A stretch of DNA of 43,668 bases from Thermodesulfovibrionales bacterium (GTDB lineage: Bacteria; Nitrospirota; Thermodesulfovibrionia; Thermodesulfovibrionales; SM23-35): assembly GCA_020062205.1 (NCBI GenBank), contig JAGUWT010000284.1, positions 1 to 43,668 on the forward strand. Reading direction: 5' to 3'. A model generated the notes under the pieces. That model was given only the letters and a program-made list of their open reading frames with translations, was not told the origin of the DNA and searched no databases. The position numbers and the translations under genes were made by a program. Positions within the stretch are counted from its first letter, which is position 1; each line of letters begins with the position of its first letter. Positions 32,603-40,510 of the stretch are shown here, in pieces.

Positions 32603-35600
32603 TTGAAAAGGGAACACGAAGCATCACGCACCCGTATAGAAAAAGTACTATCGAAAATCTGGGCTGAAGTCCTCGGTCTTGAGCGAATCCACGTTGAGGA
32701 TAATTTTTTTGAGTTAGGTGGTGATTCTATCAATGTCCTTCAGGTGATCGCTATAGCCAATCGTGAAGGCTTACAATTTACTCCGAAACAGTTTTTTCAA
32801 CATCCTACCATTGCTGAGCTAGCTACCGTAACGGTTCCACTTTCAACTTCATGTGCAGAACAGGGTATCGTCAAAGGCAGGATACCACTAACTCCTATTC
32901 AGCACTGGTTTTTTGAACAGGGAGTCCCAGAACCAGAGCAATGGACACAGTCTATATTGCTTGAAGTGCATCACCCTCTTAAAGTTTCTATATTGCAAGA
33001 AGCCATTCGACACTTGCTTGTTCATCACGATGCACTGCGTGTGCGCTTTACCCCAGGGGAGCTGGGTTGGGAACAGTTTTGCGTTGGTAACGAAGAATTA
33101 GTACCGTTTAACAGGTTAGATTTGTCAGGACTTTCAGGTGGAGAGTTAAAACATGTCATTGAGGCTGAAGCAGCAAAATTGCGTGCTGGTTTAAACATAT
33201 CAAAGGGACCACTTATGCAAGTAGCCCTCTTTGACCTTGGCACTTCCCAACCGAATCGACTACTTATAGTCATTCATCATTTAGTAGCGGACGGTGTTTC
33301 ATGGCGGATCTTGCTGGGGGATCTCCAGACAGCCTATATGCAACTCAGCCGTGGTGAATTAATAAAACTGCCTGCCAAGACGACCTCGTTAAAGCAGTGG
33401 GCAGAACGACTTGAGGCATATGCACAATCAATAGAGCTGCGACATGAGATGAAATACTGGCTTGCACAGCCATGGAGTCAAGCAGGATGTTTACCTGTGG
33501 ACTTTCCAGATGGTGACAATACCGAGGCTTTGGCTTGGGCTGTGTCGGTTTCGCTCACTGCTGAAGAGACAAAGGCTATTTTACAGGAGATTCCCAAGGT
33601 ATACCATGTCCGTGTCAACGATATCTTGATCACGGCGCTGGTGCAGGCCTTTGCACCATGGATCGGAAAGGATTGTCTTCTCATAGATCTAGAAGGTCAC
33701 GGTCGGGAGGCTATTTTCGATGATGTGGATCTGTCTCGGACGGTGGGGTGGTTTACCTCAATTTTTCCTGTGCTGCTGGATCTTAAGAATGCGTCAGGAC
33801 TCAGGAGTACCATGAAGTTGACACAGGAACAAATGAATCATATTCCGCATAAAGGTATTGACTATGGCATACTGCGCTACCTCAGCAGTGCTGAAAATGC
33901 TCGTCGACTTCAAAGTCTGCCTCAGGCCGAGGTTAGTTTTAACTACTTTGGACAATTCGATCAACTATTTTCAGGCACATCTATGTTTAAGCCAGCCTCT
34001 GAAACTATTACTCCTGTACAGTTAAAGGGTCTATTGCAAGAGTCATATGGGTTAAAGGGAACACGGAGGCATTTAATAGATATTAGTGGAAGCGTATTTA
34101 ATGGCAAGCTTTGGTTTAACTGGACGTATAGCAAGAACGTTCATCGCGAAACGACAATCCGTTACCTTGCTGAAGACTACGTGGCTGCACTCCGCTCGAT
34201 TATTAATAGCTATCAGTCTACCGAGGCCGAGTCTTACAAACCTTTCAACTCTCGGGGGACCTTCTTATGCAATGAAGAGTTTGATGCTAAAAATAAACAG
34301 CTCATTGAAGGCAGCGCTACAGGTGATAAGAGTTTGGAAAATGTTGAGGCTATTTTCCCGCTTTCCGCCATGCAGCGGGGGCTTTTATTTCACAGTCTTC
34401 AGAATCCCGAGTTGGGTATCTACATCGTGCAGGATTGTTACATGCTTTATGGTGACTTAAACATGCCGGCATTTAGGGAGGCTTGGATGCATGTATCAAA
34501 GCGACATACCGCCCTGCGGACTGTATTTATCCCAAAAGGGCACAAACAGCCACTTCAGGCCATTCACAAGGTAGTAAATTTATTAATCGAAGAACATGAT
34601 TGGCCTGATCTGGGAGCAACCGATCAGAAAGAGCAAATAGAGTCTTTCCTCAAGATGGACCGCGAAAAGGGCTTCGACCTTACAAAGAGTCCACCACTGC
34701 GTCTTGCCATAATCCGATTAACCAAAGACGTCTATCAATTTATTTTAAGTTTCCATCACGCATTACTTGATGCTTGGTCTGTGTCTTTACTAATCAGGGA
34801 AGTTTTTGACTTCTATCAGGCACTCTGTTATGGGAGTGAGTACAAAATGGATTCAAACCATCCCTATATGGATTATATTACATGGCTTCATCAGCAGGAT
34901 CTGTCCCAGGCTGAGGGTTTCTGGCGGCAGATACTGAAAGGGTTTACAGCACCGACACCTTTAGGAATGATTGCAGAGCGTAATGGTTTATCATGCCATG
35001 TTGATGGTTTTAGTGAAGGAGAAATTAAGTTATCTGCAGCCACTACGGCAGCGTTGCAGTCCTTTGCACAGCGTCATCATCTCACTCTTAATACCCTGAT
35101 TCAGGGTTCGTGGGCCCTGTTGCTAAGTCACTATAGTGGTGAGAAGGAAGTAGTCTTTGGGGTCGTTGTGTCTGGTCGTCCACCTGCTCTGGAAGGAGTC
35201 GAGTCCATGGTAGGACTATTTATCAATACCTTACCAGCACGGGTACAGATACATGACAAGGAGACACTATTTCTTTGGTTGAAGAAGCTTCAAAACCAGC
35301 AAGTTGAGATGAGACAGTATGAATATAGTCCTTTGGTAAAGGTAAAAGAGTGGAGTGAAATTCCAAGCGGTGTTCCTCTGTTCGAGAGTATATTGCTTTT
35401 CCAGAATTACCCGGTGGACGATATGTTAGTAGCGAGGCATGGAAACTTAAAGATAGAGAATGTACGAACAGTGGAAAGGACTAATTATCCACTTACCCTG
35501 GTAGCAATACCAGGTTCAGAATTAATATTGCGGCTCATGTACCATACCCCTCGTTTTAATGCTTCTACCATTGCCCAGATGCTTGACCATTTACAAACCT

Positions 35601-36472
35601 TGCTGGAGGGCATGCTTGCCAATCCACAGGCGCGACTTTCAGACATCCCGTTGTTAACCGCAGCACAACAGCGCCAACTCCTTGTTGAATGGAATAATAC
35701 CAAAACGGACTACCCCAGGGATGCAACTATCCCTGAACTGTTTGAGGCACAGGTAGAACAGACACCCGACACCGTAGCAGTTATATTTGGAGACCATCGA
35801 CTTACTTATCGGGATTTGAATCAGAGAGCAAACCAGCTATCGCACTACCTGAGGTACTTAGACGTTTCACCGGAAGTGCGGGTTGCTATTTGTATGGAAC
35901 GCTCCCTGGAAATGGTAATAGGACTTTTAGGCATACTCAAAGCAGGTGGTGCATACGTGCCTCTTGACCCCTTGTACCCTAAAGAAAGGCTATCGTTCAT
36001 GCTGGCAGATGCTCAGGTGCCAGTGTTGTTGACCCAAAAGCAGCTGATTCAGAGATTGCCAAAGCATATGGCTAGGGTAGTGTGTCTTGATGAAGAGTGG
36101 GGACATATAGCAGGAGAAAGCGACCAAAATCCACCCAGGAGAACTAAGGCGGAAAACCTAGCCTGTATAATTTATACTTCAGGTTCAACCGGCAAGCCAA
36201 AAGGAGTGGAAGTTCTCCACCGTGGTATTGTTCGTTTATTATTCGGCACGGATTACGTCAAGCTTGATGCGACACAGAGATTTTTGCATATGTCTGCAAT
36301 CACCTTTGATGCTTCTACCTTTGAGATTTGGGGAGCATTGCTTCATGGTGCCCAATGTGTTCTCTTGCCGGGAAGAATACCTAGTTTAGAAGAAATAGGC
36401 ATGGCGATACAAAAATATGGCATTACCACCCTCTGGTTAACAGCTGCACTATTCAACGTGATATATAGATGA
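32603..36472 (+). CDS. non-ribosomal peptide synthetase, N-terminal part (T-E-C and A-domain cores A1-A4), interrupted by a frameshift
   Basis: TTG start 11 nt after ggag. T domain: FFELGGDS (Ser codon 32726-32728). E domain: PIQHWFF, HHLVADGVSW (33275), LEGHGRE, RTVGWFTSIFP, FNYFGQ. C domain: SAMQRGLLF, HHALLDAWS (34754). A domain: LTYRDLN, LKAGGAYVPLDP, IIYTSGSTGKPKG (36173), FDAS. It ends at TGA 36470-36472 in the middle of the A domain. Confidence 0.9.
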   Translation: MKREHEASRTRIEKVLSKIWAEVLGLERIHVEDNFFELGGDSINVLQVIAIANREGLQFTPKQFFQHPTIAELATVTVPLSTSCAEQGIVKGRIPLTPIQHWFFEQGVPEPEQWTQSILLEVHHPLKVSILQEAIRHLLVHHDALRVRFTPGELGWEQFCVGNEELVPFNRLDLSGLSGGELKHVIEAEAAKLRAGLNISKGPLMQVALFDLGTSQPNRLLIVIHHLVADGVSWRILLGDLQTAYMQLSRGELIKLPAKTTSLKQWAERLEAYAQSIELRHEMKYWLAQPWSQAGCLPVDFPDGDNTEALAWAVSVSLTAEETKAILQEIPKVYHVRVNDILITALVQAFAPWIGKDCLLIDLEGHGREAIFDDVDLSRTVGWFTSIFPVLLDLKNASGLRSTMKLTQEQMNHIPHKGIDYGILRYLSSAENARRLQSLPQAEVSFNYFGQFDQLFSGTSMFKPASETITPVQLKGLLQESYGLKGTRRHLIDISGSVFNGKLWFNWTYSKNVHRETTIRYLAEDYVAALRSIINSYQSTEAESYKPFNSRGTFLCNEEFDAKNKQLIEGSATGDKSLENVEAIFPLSAMQRGLLFHSLQNPELGIYIVQDCYMLYGDLNMPAFREAWMHVSKRHTALRTVFIPKGHKQPLQAIHKVVNLLIEEHDWPDLGATDQKEQIESFLKMDREKGFDLTKSPPLRLAIIRLTKDVYQFILSFHHALLDAWSVSLLIREVFDFYQALCYGSEYKMDSNHPYMDYITWLHQQDLSQAEGFWRQILKGFTAPTPLGMIAERNGLSCHVDGFSEGEIKLSAATTAALQSFAQRHHLTLNTLIQGSWALLLSHYSGEKEVVFGVVVSGRPPALEGVESMVGLFINTLPARVQIHDKETLFLWLKKLQNQQVEMRQYEYSPLVKVKEWSEIPSGVPLFESILLFQNYPVDDMLVARHGNLKIENVRTVERTNYPLTLVAIPGSELILRLMYHTPRFNASTIAQMLDHLQTLLEGMLANPQARLSDIPLLTAAQQRQLLVEWNNTKTDYPRDATIPELFEAQVEQTPDTVAVIFGDHRLTYRDLNQRANQLSHYLRYLDVSPEVRVAICMERSLEMVIGLLGILKAGGAYVPLDPLYPKERLSFMLADAQVPVLLTQKQLIQRLPKHMARVVCLDEEWGHIAGESDQNPPRRTKAENLACIIYTSGSTGKPKGVEVLHRGIVRLLFGTDYVKLDATQRFLHMSAITFDASTFEIWGALLHGAQCVLLPGRIPSLEEIGMAIQKYGITTLWLTAALFNVIYR
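32624..32827 (+). other. NRPS domain: carrier (T/PCP) domain 1
   Basis: IWAEVLGLERIHVEDNFFELGGDSINVLQV. Confidence 0.85.
32882..34207 (+). other. NRPS domain: epimerisation (E) domain
   Basis: All seven E-type cores were recognised by eye: PIQxWF, HHxxxDGVSW, DILITA, EGHGRE, RTVGWFT, GIDYG and FNYxGQ. Confidence 0.8.
34343..35647 (+). other. NRPS domain: condensation (C) domain, presumably DCL type because it follows E
   Basis: Motifs LSAMQRGLLFH, RHTALRTVF, HHALLDAWS, GLFINTLP and NYPLTLVA. Confidence 0.8.
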
Positions 36473-37211
36473 GGCACCACGGATATTAGATGGCATCCGG
36501 CAGTTGCTTGTTGGTGGAGATGCGCTTTCAGTTTCGCATGTTCTCAAAGCCCTTGAGGTTTTACACACCATACAGATCATCAACGGCTATGGTCCCACTG
36601 AGGGCACGACATTTACCTGTTGTTATACTATTCCTCGTCAACTTGATAAAACCGCGCTATCAATCCCTATAGGGCGTCCCATTTCCAATACACAAGTCTA
36701 CCTGCTTAATTCATATCTGCAGCCGGTGCCCGTTGGGGTTCCAGGTGAAATTTACATTGGAGGAGATGGTCTTGCCCGAGGCTATCTCAATCAGCCCGAA
36801 TTAACAGCCGAAAAGTTTATCCCCAATCTGTTCAATGATGACCCGGGTGCACACCTGTACAAGACAGGGGATCTGGCACGTTACCTGCCAGACGGTAATA
36901 TTGAGTTCATCGGTCGTCTTGACCATCAGGTGAAGATCCGTGGCTTCCGGATCGAGCTGGGAGAGATTGAGTCAGTGTTAGGACAACATCCCGCTGTTCG
37001 TCAAGTAGCGGTAATTACCCGTGAAGATGTACCCGGCAGCAAAAGCCTAGTAGCCTACATTGTCCCTGTTCGCGAAGGAGTTATCTCGGCACGGGAGATG
37101 AGGCATTTCTTGAAAGAAAAGCTACCAGACTATATGATTCCCTCTGCTTTTGTATTTTTGGAAGCTTTGCCGTTAACGCCGAATAACAAAATAAACCGCA
37201 AAGAGTTACCA
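35720..37211 (+). other. NRPS domain: adenylation (A) domain, spanning the frameshift at about 36461-36469
   Basis: Cores A1-A10 are present across the two frames. The hand-derived specificity code is D A F W L G G T F K. Confidence 0.8.
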
Positions 37212-38243
37212 CCGCCAAGCCATAAGCCCAGTAACCGAAAGGAGTGTTTTGTGGCACCACAGGATGCTATTGAGGTTCATCTGATGAGGATTTGGGAGGA
37301 TATTTTAGACATACACAAGATAGGGATAAGGAATAACTTTTTCGAATTAGGCGGCAACTCCCTTCAGGCCGTTCGTCTGATAGATAAAATTGAACATTTT
37401 TTTGGCAAGAGGCTGCCTTTGGATATCCTCTGGCACAATGGATCAACCATAGAAGATATGGCTGTTGCTCTTCGAAGGGAGGAAGGCTCCACTCTCTGGT
37501 CCTCTGCTATACCGATCAAGCCCGATGGTTCACGAAGATCATTATTCTGCACTCATATCGCTGGAGGGTACTTTTTTTATTACGATAAATTAGCCAGCTA
37601 CCTAAACCAAAAACAACCTCTTTATGCAATACCACCTCAGTATGTTGATGGTAAACATCATCCTCACACAACGATTGAAACGATGGCATCACACTGCATC
37701 CAACTCATGAGACAGGTTCAACCAGAAGGTCCATATTCTATCGCCGGCTTCTGCAGTGGTGGTGTGATAGCTTTCGAAATGGCCCAGCAGCTTCATGCAC
37801 AGGGTGAAGAAATGGCATTGTTAGCATTATTAGACAGTCTGGCTCCGGGCTTTCATTTGCGTCTTTTTATTCGAGTATTGTTAGATTTTCTCCGGTTAAA
37901 GAATGTGAGGCTTGTGCAGGAACGTTTGTACCACATGTTTTTGCGGGCATTTGGTATGCCGCATCTTCGTGTTTTCCAAAAGGCTAGCGAAGCCCACCGT
38001 TGGGCTTTGTGGAGCTATAAAGCCAAGCCTTACTCGGGGCGTATTACCCTGTTTCGGCCAAGTAAATACAAGTATTCCAGTGATCCCCTGTTGGGCTGGG
38101 GTAAGCTCGCAATGGAGGGAGTGGATGTTCATGTGATTCCTGGTAAGCACGGAGAAATGGTTAAAGAACCTATTGTACAGGTCATGGCCAAACAACTCGA
38201 AACCCATCTTGCTGGGATAGATGCTAATGAAAAGACAGTTTAA
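36504..38243 (+). CDS. non-ribosomal peptide synthetase, C-terminal part (A-domain cores A5-A10, T, TE)
   Basis: The frame is open from 36462 (YIDEAPRILDGIRQLLVGGDAL). A domain: NGYGPTE, GEIYIGGDGLARGY, YKTGDLARY, GRLDHQVKIRGFRIELGEIE, LPDYMIPS, NNKINRKEL. T domain: FFELGGNS (Ser 37359-37361). TE domain: GFCSGG (Ser 37755-37757) and GKHG (His 38148-38150). Confidence 0.9.
   Translation: MLVGGDALSVSHVLKALEVLHTIQIINGYGPTEGTTFTCCYTIPRQLDKTALSIPIGRPISNTQVYLLNSYLQPVPVGVPGEIYIGGDGLARGYLNQPELTAEKFIPNLFNDDPGAHLYKTGDLARYLPDGNIEFIGRLDHQVKIRGFRIELGEIESVLGQHPAVRQVAVITREDVPGSKSLVAYIVPVREGVISAREMRHFLKEKLPDYMIPSAFVFLEALPLTPNNKINRKELPPPSHKPSNRKECFVAPQDAIEVHLMRIWEDILDIHKIGIRNNFFELGGNSLQAVRLIDKIEHFFGKRLPLDILWHNGSTIEDMAVALRREEGSTLWSSAIPIKPDGSRRSLFCTHIAGGYFFYYDKLASYLNQKQPLYAIPPQYVDGKHHPHTTIETMASHCIQLMRQVQPEGPYSIAGFCSGGVIAFEMAQQLHAQGEEMALLALLDSLAPGFHLRLFIRVLLDFLRLKNVRLVQERLYHMFLRAFGMPHLRVFQKASEAHRWALWSYKAKPYSGRITLFRPSKYKYSSDPLLGWGKLAMEGVDVHVIPGKHGEMVKEPIVQVMAKQLETHLAGIDANEKTV
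37257..37469 (+). other. NRPS domain: carrier (T/PCP) domain 2
   Basis: IWEDILDIHKIGIRNNFFELGGNSLQAVRL. Confidence 0.85.
37530..38198 (+). other. NRPS domain: type I thioesterase (TE)
   Basis: LFCTHIAGGYFFYYDKLA, GFCSGG (GxSxG) and the C-terminal GKHGEM. Confidence 0.8.
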
Positions 38244-39027
38244 AAATACCTTACAGGATACACCTGAGTTGCAATGGCTGACTCCACCAGAGCAACTAAT
38301 CCTTGCTAATGACGAGGTTCACATCTGGCGGTTATACATAAATTCAGAATTCTCTAATATCCAATATCTTAAAGGGATACTTTCTAACGAAGAACGTACT
38401 AAGGCTGAAGGATTCTATTTTAAAATAGATCAATGGCGGTATATTATAGTTCGAGCCATACTGAGAATAATCCTTGCTAAATACCTGTGTCTTGAACCTG
38501 AACAAATTCGATTCAACTATGGAACACATGACAAGCCTGCCTTATCCGATGTGCTGAAGACACATAGAGTCAATTTCAATTTGTCCCACTCTCAAAATAT
38601 AGCTTTATATGTAATAGTTTGTGATCGAGAGGTTGGAATAGACATTGAAAATATTCGTACCGATTTGGATGTCTTGGGAATTGCAGAACATTGGTTTTCT
38701 CAGCGAGAAGCTGCTGTTATCAGGGAATTATCCTCAGATGCACAGAAGAAGGCATTTTTTACGATTTGGACTCGCAAGGAGGCGTATCTAAAGGCAAAAG
38801 GAGTGGGATTAGCCCAACTGAATGGGTTTGAAGTTTTATTACATCTTGGAGAGCTTACTATTTTGATGAGCAGTGAAGAAGATTCCCACGAACCATCACT
38901 CTGGAAACTGGAAGACCTGGCAGTTGACCCTGATTATGCAGCCACTGTTGCTGTTGAGGGTAAAACATGGACCCCAAAATTCTGGCAATGGAGCCCAATT
39001 TATAAACTCGAAAGGTTCTTCTTTTAA
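38221..39027 (+). CDS. 4'-phosphopantetheinyl transferase, Sfp type
   Basis: ATG 38221 overlaps the NRPS 3' end by 23 nt. Motifs HDKPAL, NFNLSHSQNIA, VGIDIE and FFTIWTRKEAYLKAKG. Confidence 0.9.
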   Translation: MLMKRQFKNTLQDTPELQWLTPPEQLILANDEVHIWRLYINSEFSNIQYLKGILSNEERTKAEGFYFKIDQWRYIIVRAILRIILAKYLCLEPEQIRFNYGTHDKPALSDVLKTHRVNFNLSHSQNIALYVIVCDREVGIDIENIRTDLDVLGIAEHWFSQREAAVIRELSSDAQKKAFFTIWTRKEAYLKAKGVGLAQLNGFEVLLHLGELTILMSSEEDSHEPSLWKLEDLAVDPDYAATVAVEGKTWTPKFWQWSPIYKLERFFF

Positions 39028-39060
39028 CAGTAATCACTACTGTCCGCTTAAAATAGGGAC

Positions 39061-39168
39061 TGTTATATCCAGACTATGTTAGAAATACATCAAAAAAGGG
39101 GAAGAGACCTGAGTGCCCCTTTGTGGGCATTGCTCTTTTTTGAATACTGGTGCAGGAATTGGATGTAG
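39061..39168 (+). pseudogene. remnant of the last 35 codons of an AsnB paralogue
   Basis: It translates to CYIQTMLEIHQKRGRDLSAPLWALLFFEYWCRNWM-stop. The C-terminus of the 30270..32216 product is SYIKNILERHQKKGRDLSAKIWALLFFEHWCRNWLDT. 24 of 35 residues are identical. A TAA lies immediately upstream and there is no N-terminal part. Confidence 0.85.
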
Positions 39169-39170
39169 GT

Positions 39171-40388
39171 GTGAAAATCCTCGTTATTACAACCATCTTT
39201 CCTAATTCAAAACAGCACACCCTCGGCATCTTTGTGAGAGAAAGGATGTTTCAGGTTGCAAAACACTGTGAGATAAAGGTCGTAGCTCCTGTTCCATGGT
39301 TTCCTTTTGTGCGGTATATCAAGAAGGGTTATAGACCAAAGGTTCCTTTTTTGGAGATTCAGGATGGGATAGAGGTATACCATCCGCGCTTCTTCAATAT
39401 CCCGAAACTTTGTAAATTTCTTGATGGAATCTTTTTCTTTATATCATCTATACTTACAACAATAAACTTAAGAAAAAGCTTTAAGTTTGATATTATTGAT
39501 GCACACTTTATTTATCCTGAGGGATTTGGGGCGGTACTTCTTGGCAAGGTAATAAGAAGGCCTGTCATTATTACAGAAAGGGGAACTATACGAAAACTAT
39601 TAAAGTATCCCCTTATTAAACCTCAGATTCAATATGCCTTGGGCAAGGCCGTAAAAGTCTTTACGGTCTGCAATGATCTGAAAAAGGCTGTTACAGAGCT
39701 TGGCATCCCTGAAAAAAGGGTAGTAGTCGTCCCGAATGGAGTTGATATTGAAAAGTTTAAGCCTGTTGAGAAGCAAAAGGCCCGGAAAGAACTTGGGCTC
39801 TTAGAATATAAAAAGATTATCATCTCAGCGGGCGGACTTGTTGAAAGAAAGGGATTTCATAGGATTATCTCTGTCCTCCCTGAGATTAAAAAAACCATAC
39901 CAGAAATAATGTATGTGATCGTTGGAGGAGCCTCTGTTGAAGGTAACTATGAGCCGGTATTACGCAAGATGGTCAAGGATTTAAATCTTGAAAATGATGT
40001 CTTATTCGCAGGACCTCAGCCCCATGATGTTCTCTACAAATGGCTCAGTGCATCAGATATCTTCTGCCTCGCAACAAGCAATGAGGGATGGGCAAATGTT
40101 TTTTTAGAGGCAATGGCCTGTGGACTTCCTGTTGTTACAACACGTGTTGGCGGTAATGAAGAGGTGGTTATATCTGAGGATTATGGATTACTTTTCAATT
40201 TAGAAGACAGACAAGAGATGATTGATATGATATTGAAAGCCTTGAAGAAAGACTGGGGTAGAGAAAAGATTGTCCACTATGCACGATCAAATACATGGGA
40301 CGAGCGGATTCATGATTTGCTCAATAATATCAAAGATATCATTAATCCTGATAAATCCTATGTTTCAGCTAAGGTGTTTACGCCATAA
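39171..40388 (+). CDS. glycosyltransferase family 4 (GT-B)
   Basis: The likely start is GTG 39171 (MKILVITTIFP), directly after the remnant's TAG. The ORF track start at 39150 lies inside the remnant. Motifs NGVDIEKF and TSNEGWANVFLEAMACGLPVVTTRVGGNEEVV. Confidence 0.85.
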   Translation: MKILVITTIFPNSKQHTLGIFVRERMFQVAKHCEIKVVAPVPWFPFVRYIKKGYRPKVPFLEIQDGIEVYHPRFFNIPKLCKFLDGIFFFISSILTTINLRKSFKFDIIDAHFIYPEGFGAVLLGKVIRRPVIITERGTIRKLLKYPLIKPQIQYALGKAVKVFTVCNDLKKAVTELGIPEKRVVVVPNGVDIEKFKPVEKQKARKELGLLEYKKIIISAGGLVERKGFHRIISVLPEIKKTIPEIMYVIVGGASVEGNYEPVLRKMVKDLNLENDVLFAGPQPHDVLYKWLSASDIFCLATSNEGWANVFLEAMACGLPVVTTRVGGNEEVVISEDYGLLFNLEDRQEMIDMILKALKKDWGREKIVHYARSNTWDERIHDLLNNIKDIINPDKSYVSAKVFTP

Positions 40389-40510
40389 TGGCATGGGTTT
40401 CGTTGGAAAAAGGTTTTCATATCAGATACTTAGTTTATCTACTGATAAAGAAGAGTTCTTCAGTAAGGACACTCTCTGAAATTTATTTTGCAGGCAGGAA
40501 ATAGGCTTCT

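Noticed and set aside
36461-36472. Programmed ribosomal frameshifting as the explanation for the split NRPS.
   Set aside because: I see no recognised +1 shift context, such as a rare or hungry codon with a stimulator. A simple indel or an assembly error in the AT dinucleotide tract is more parsimonious. It is kept as a finding to be checked, not as a claim.
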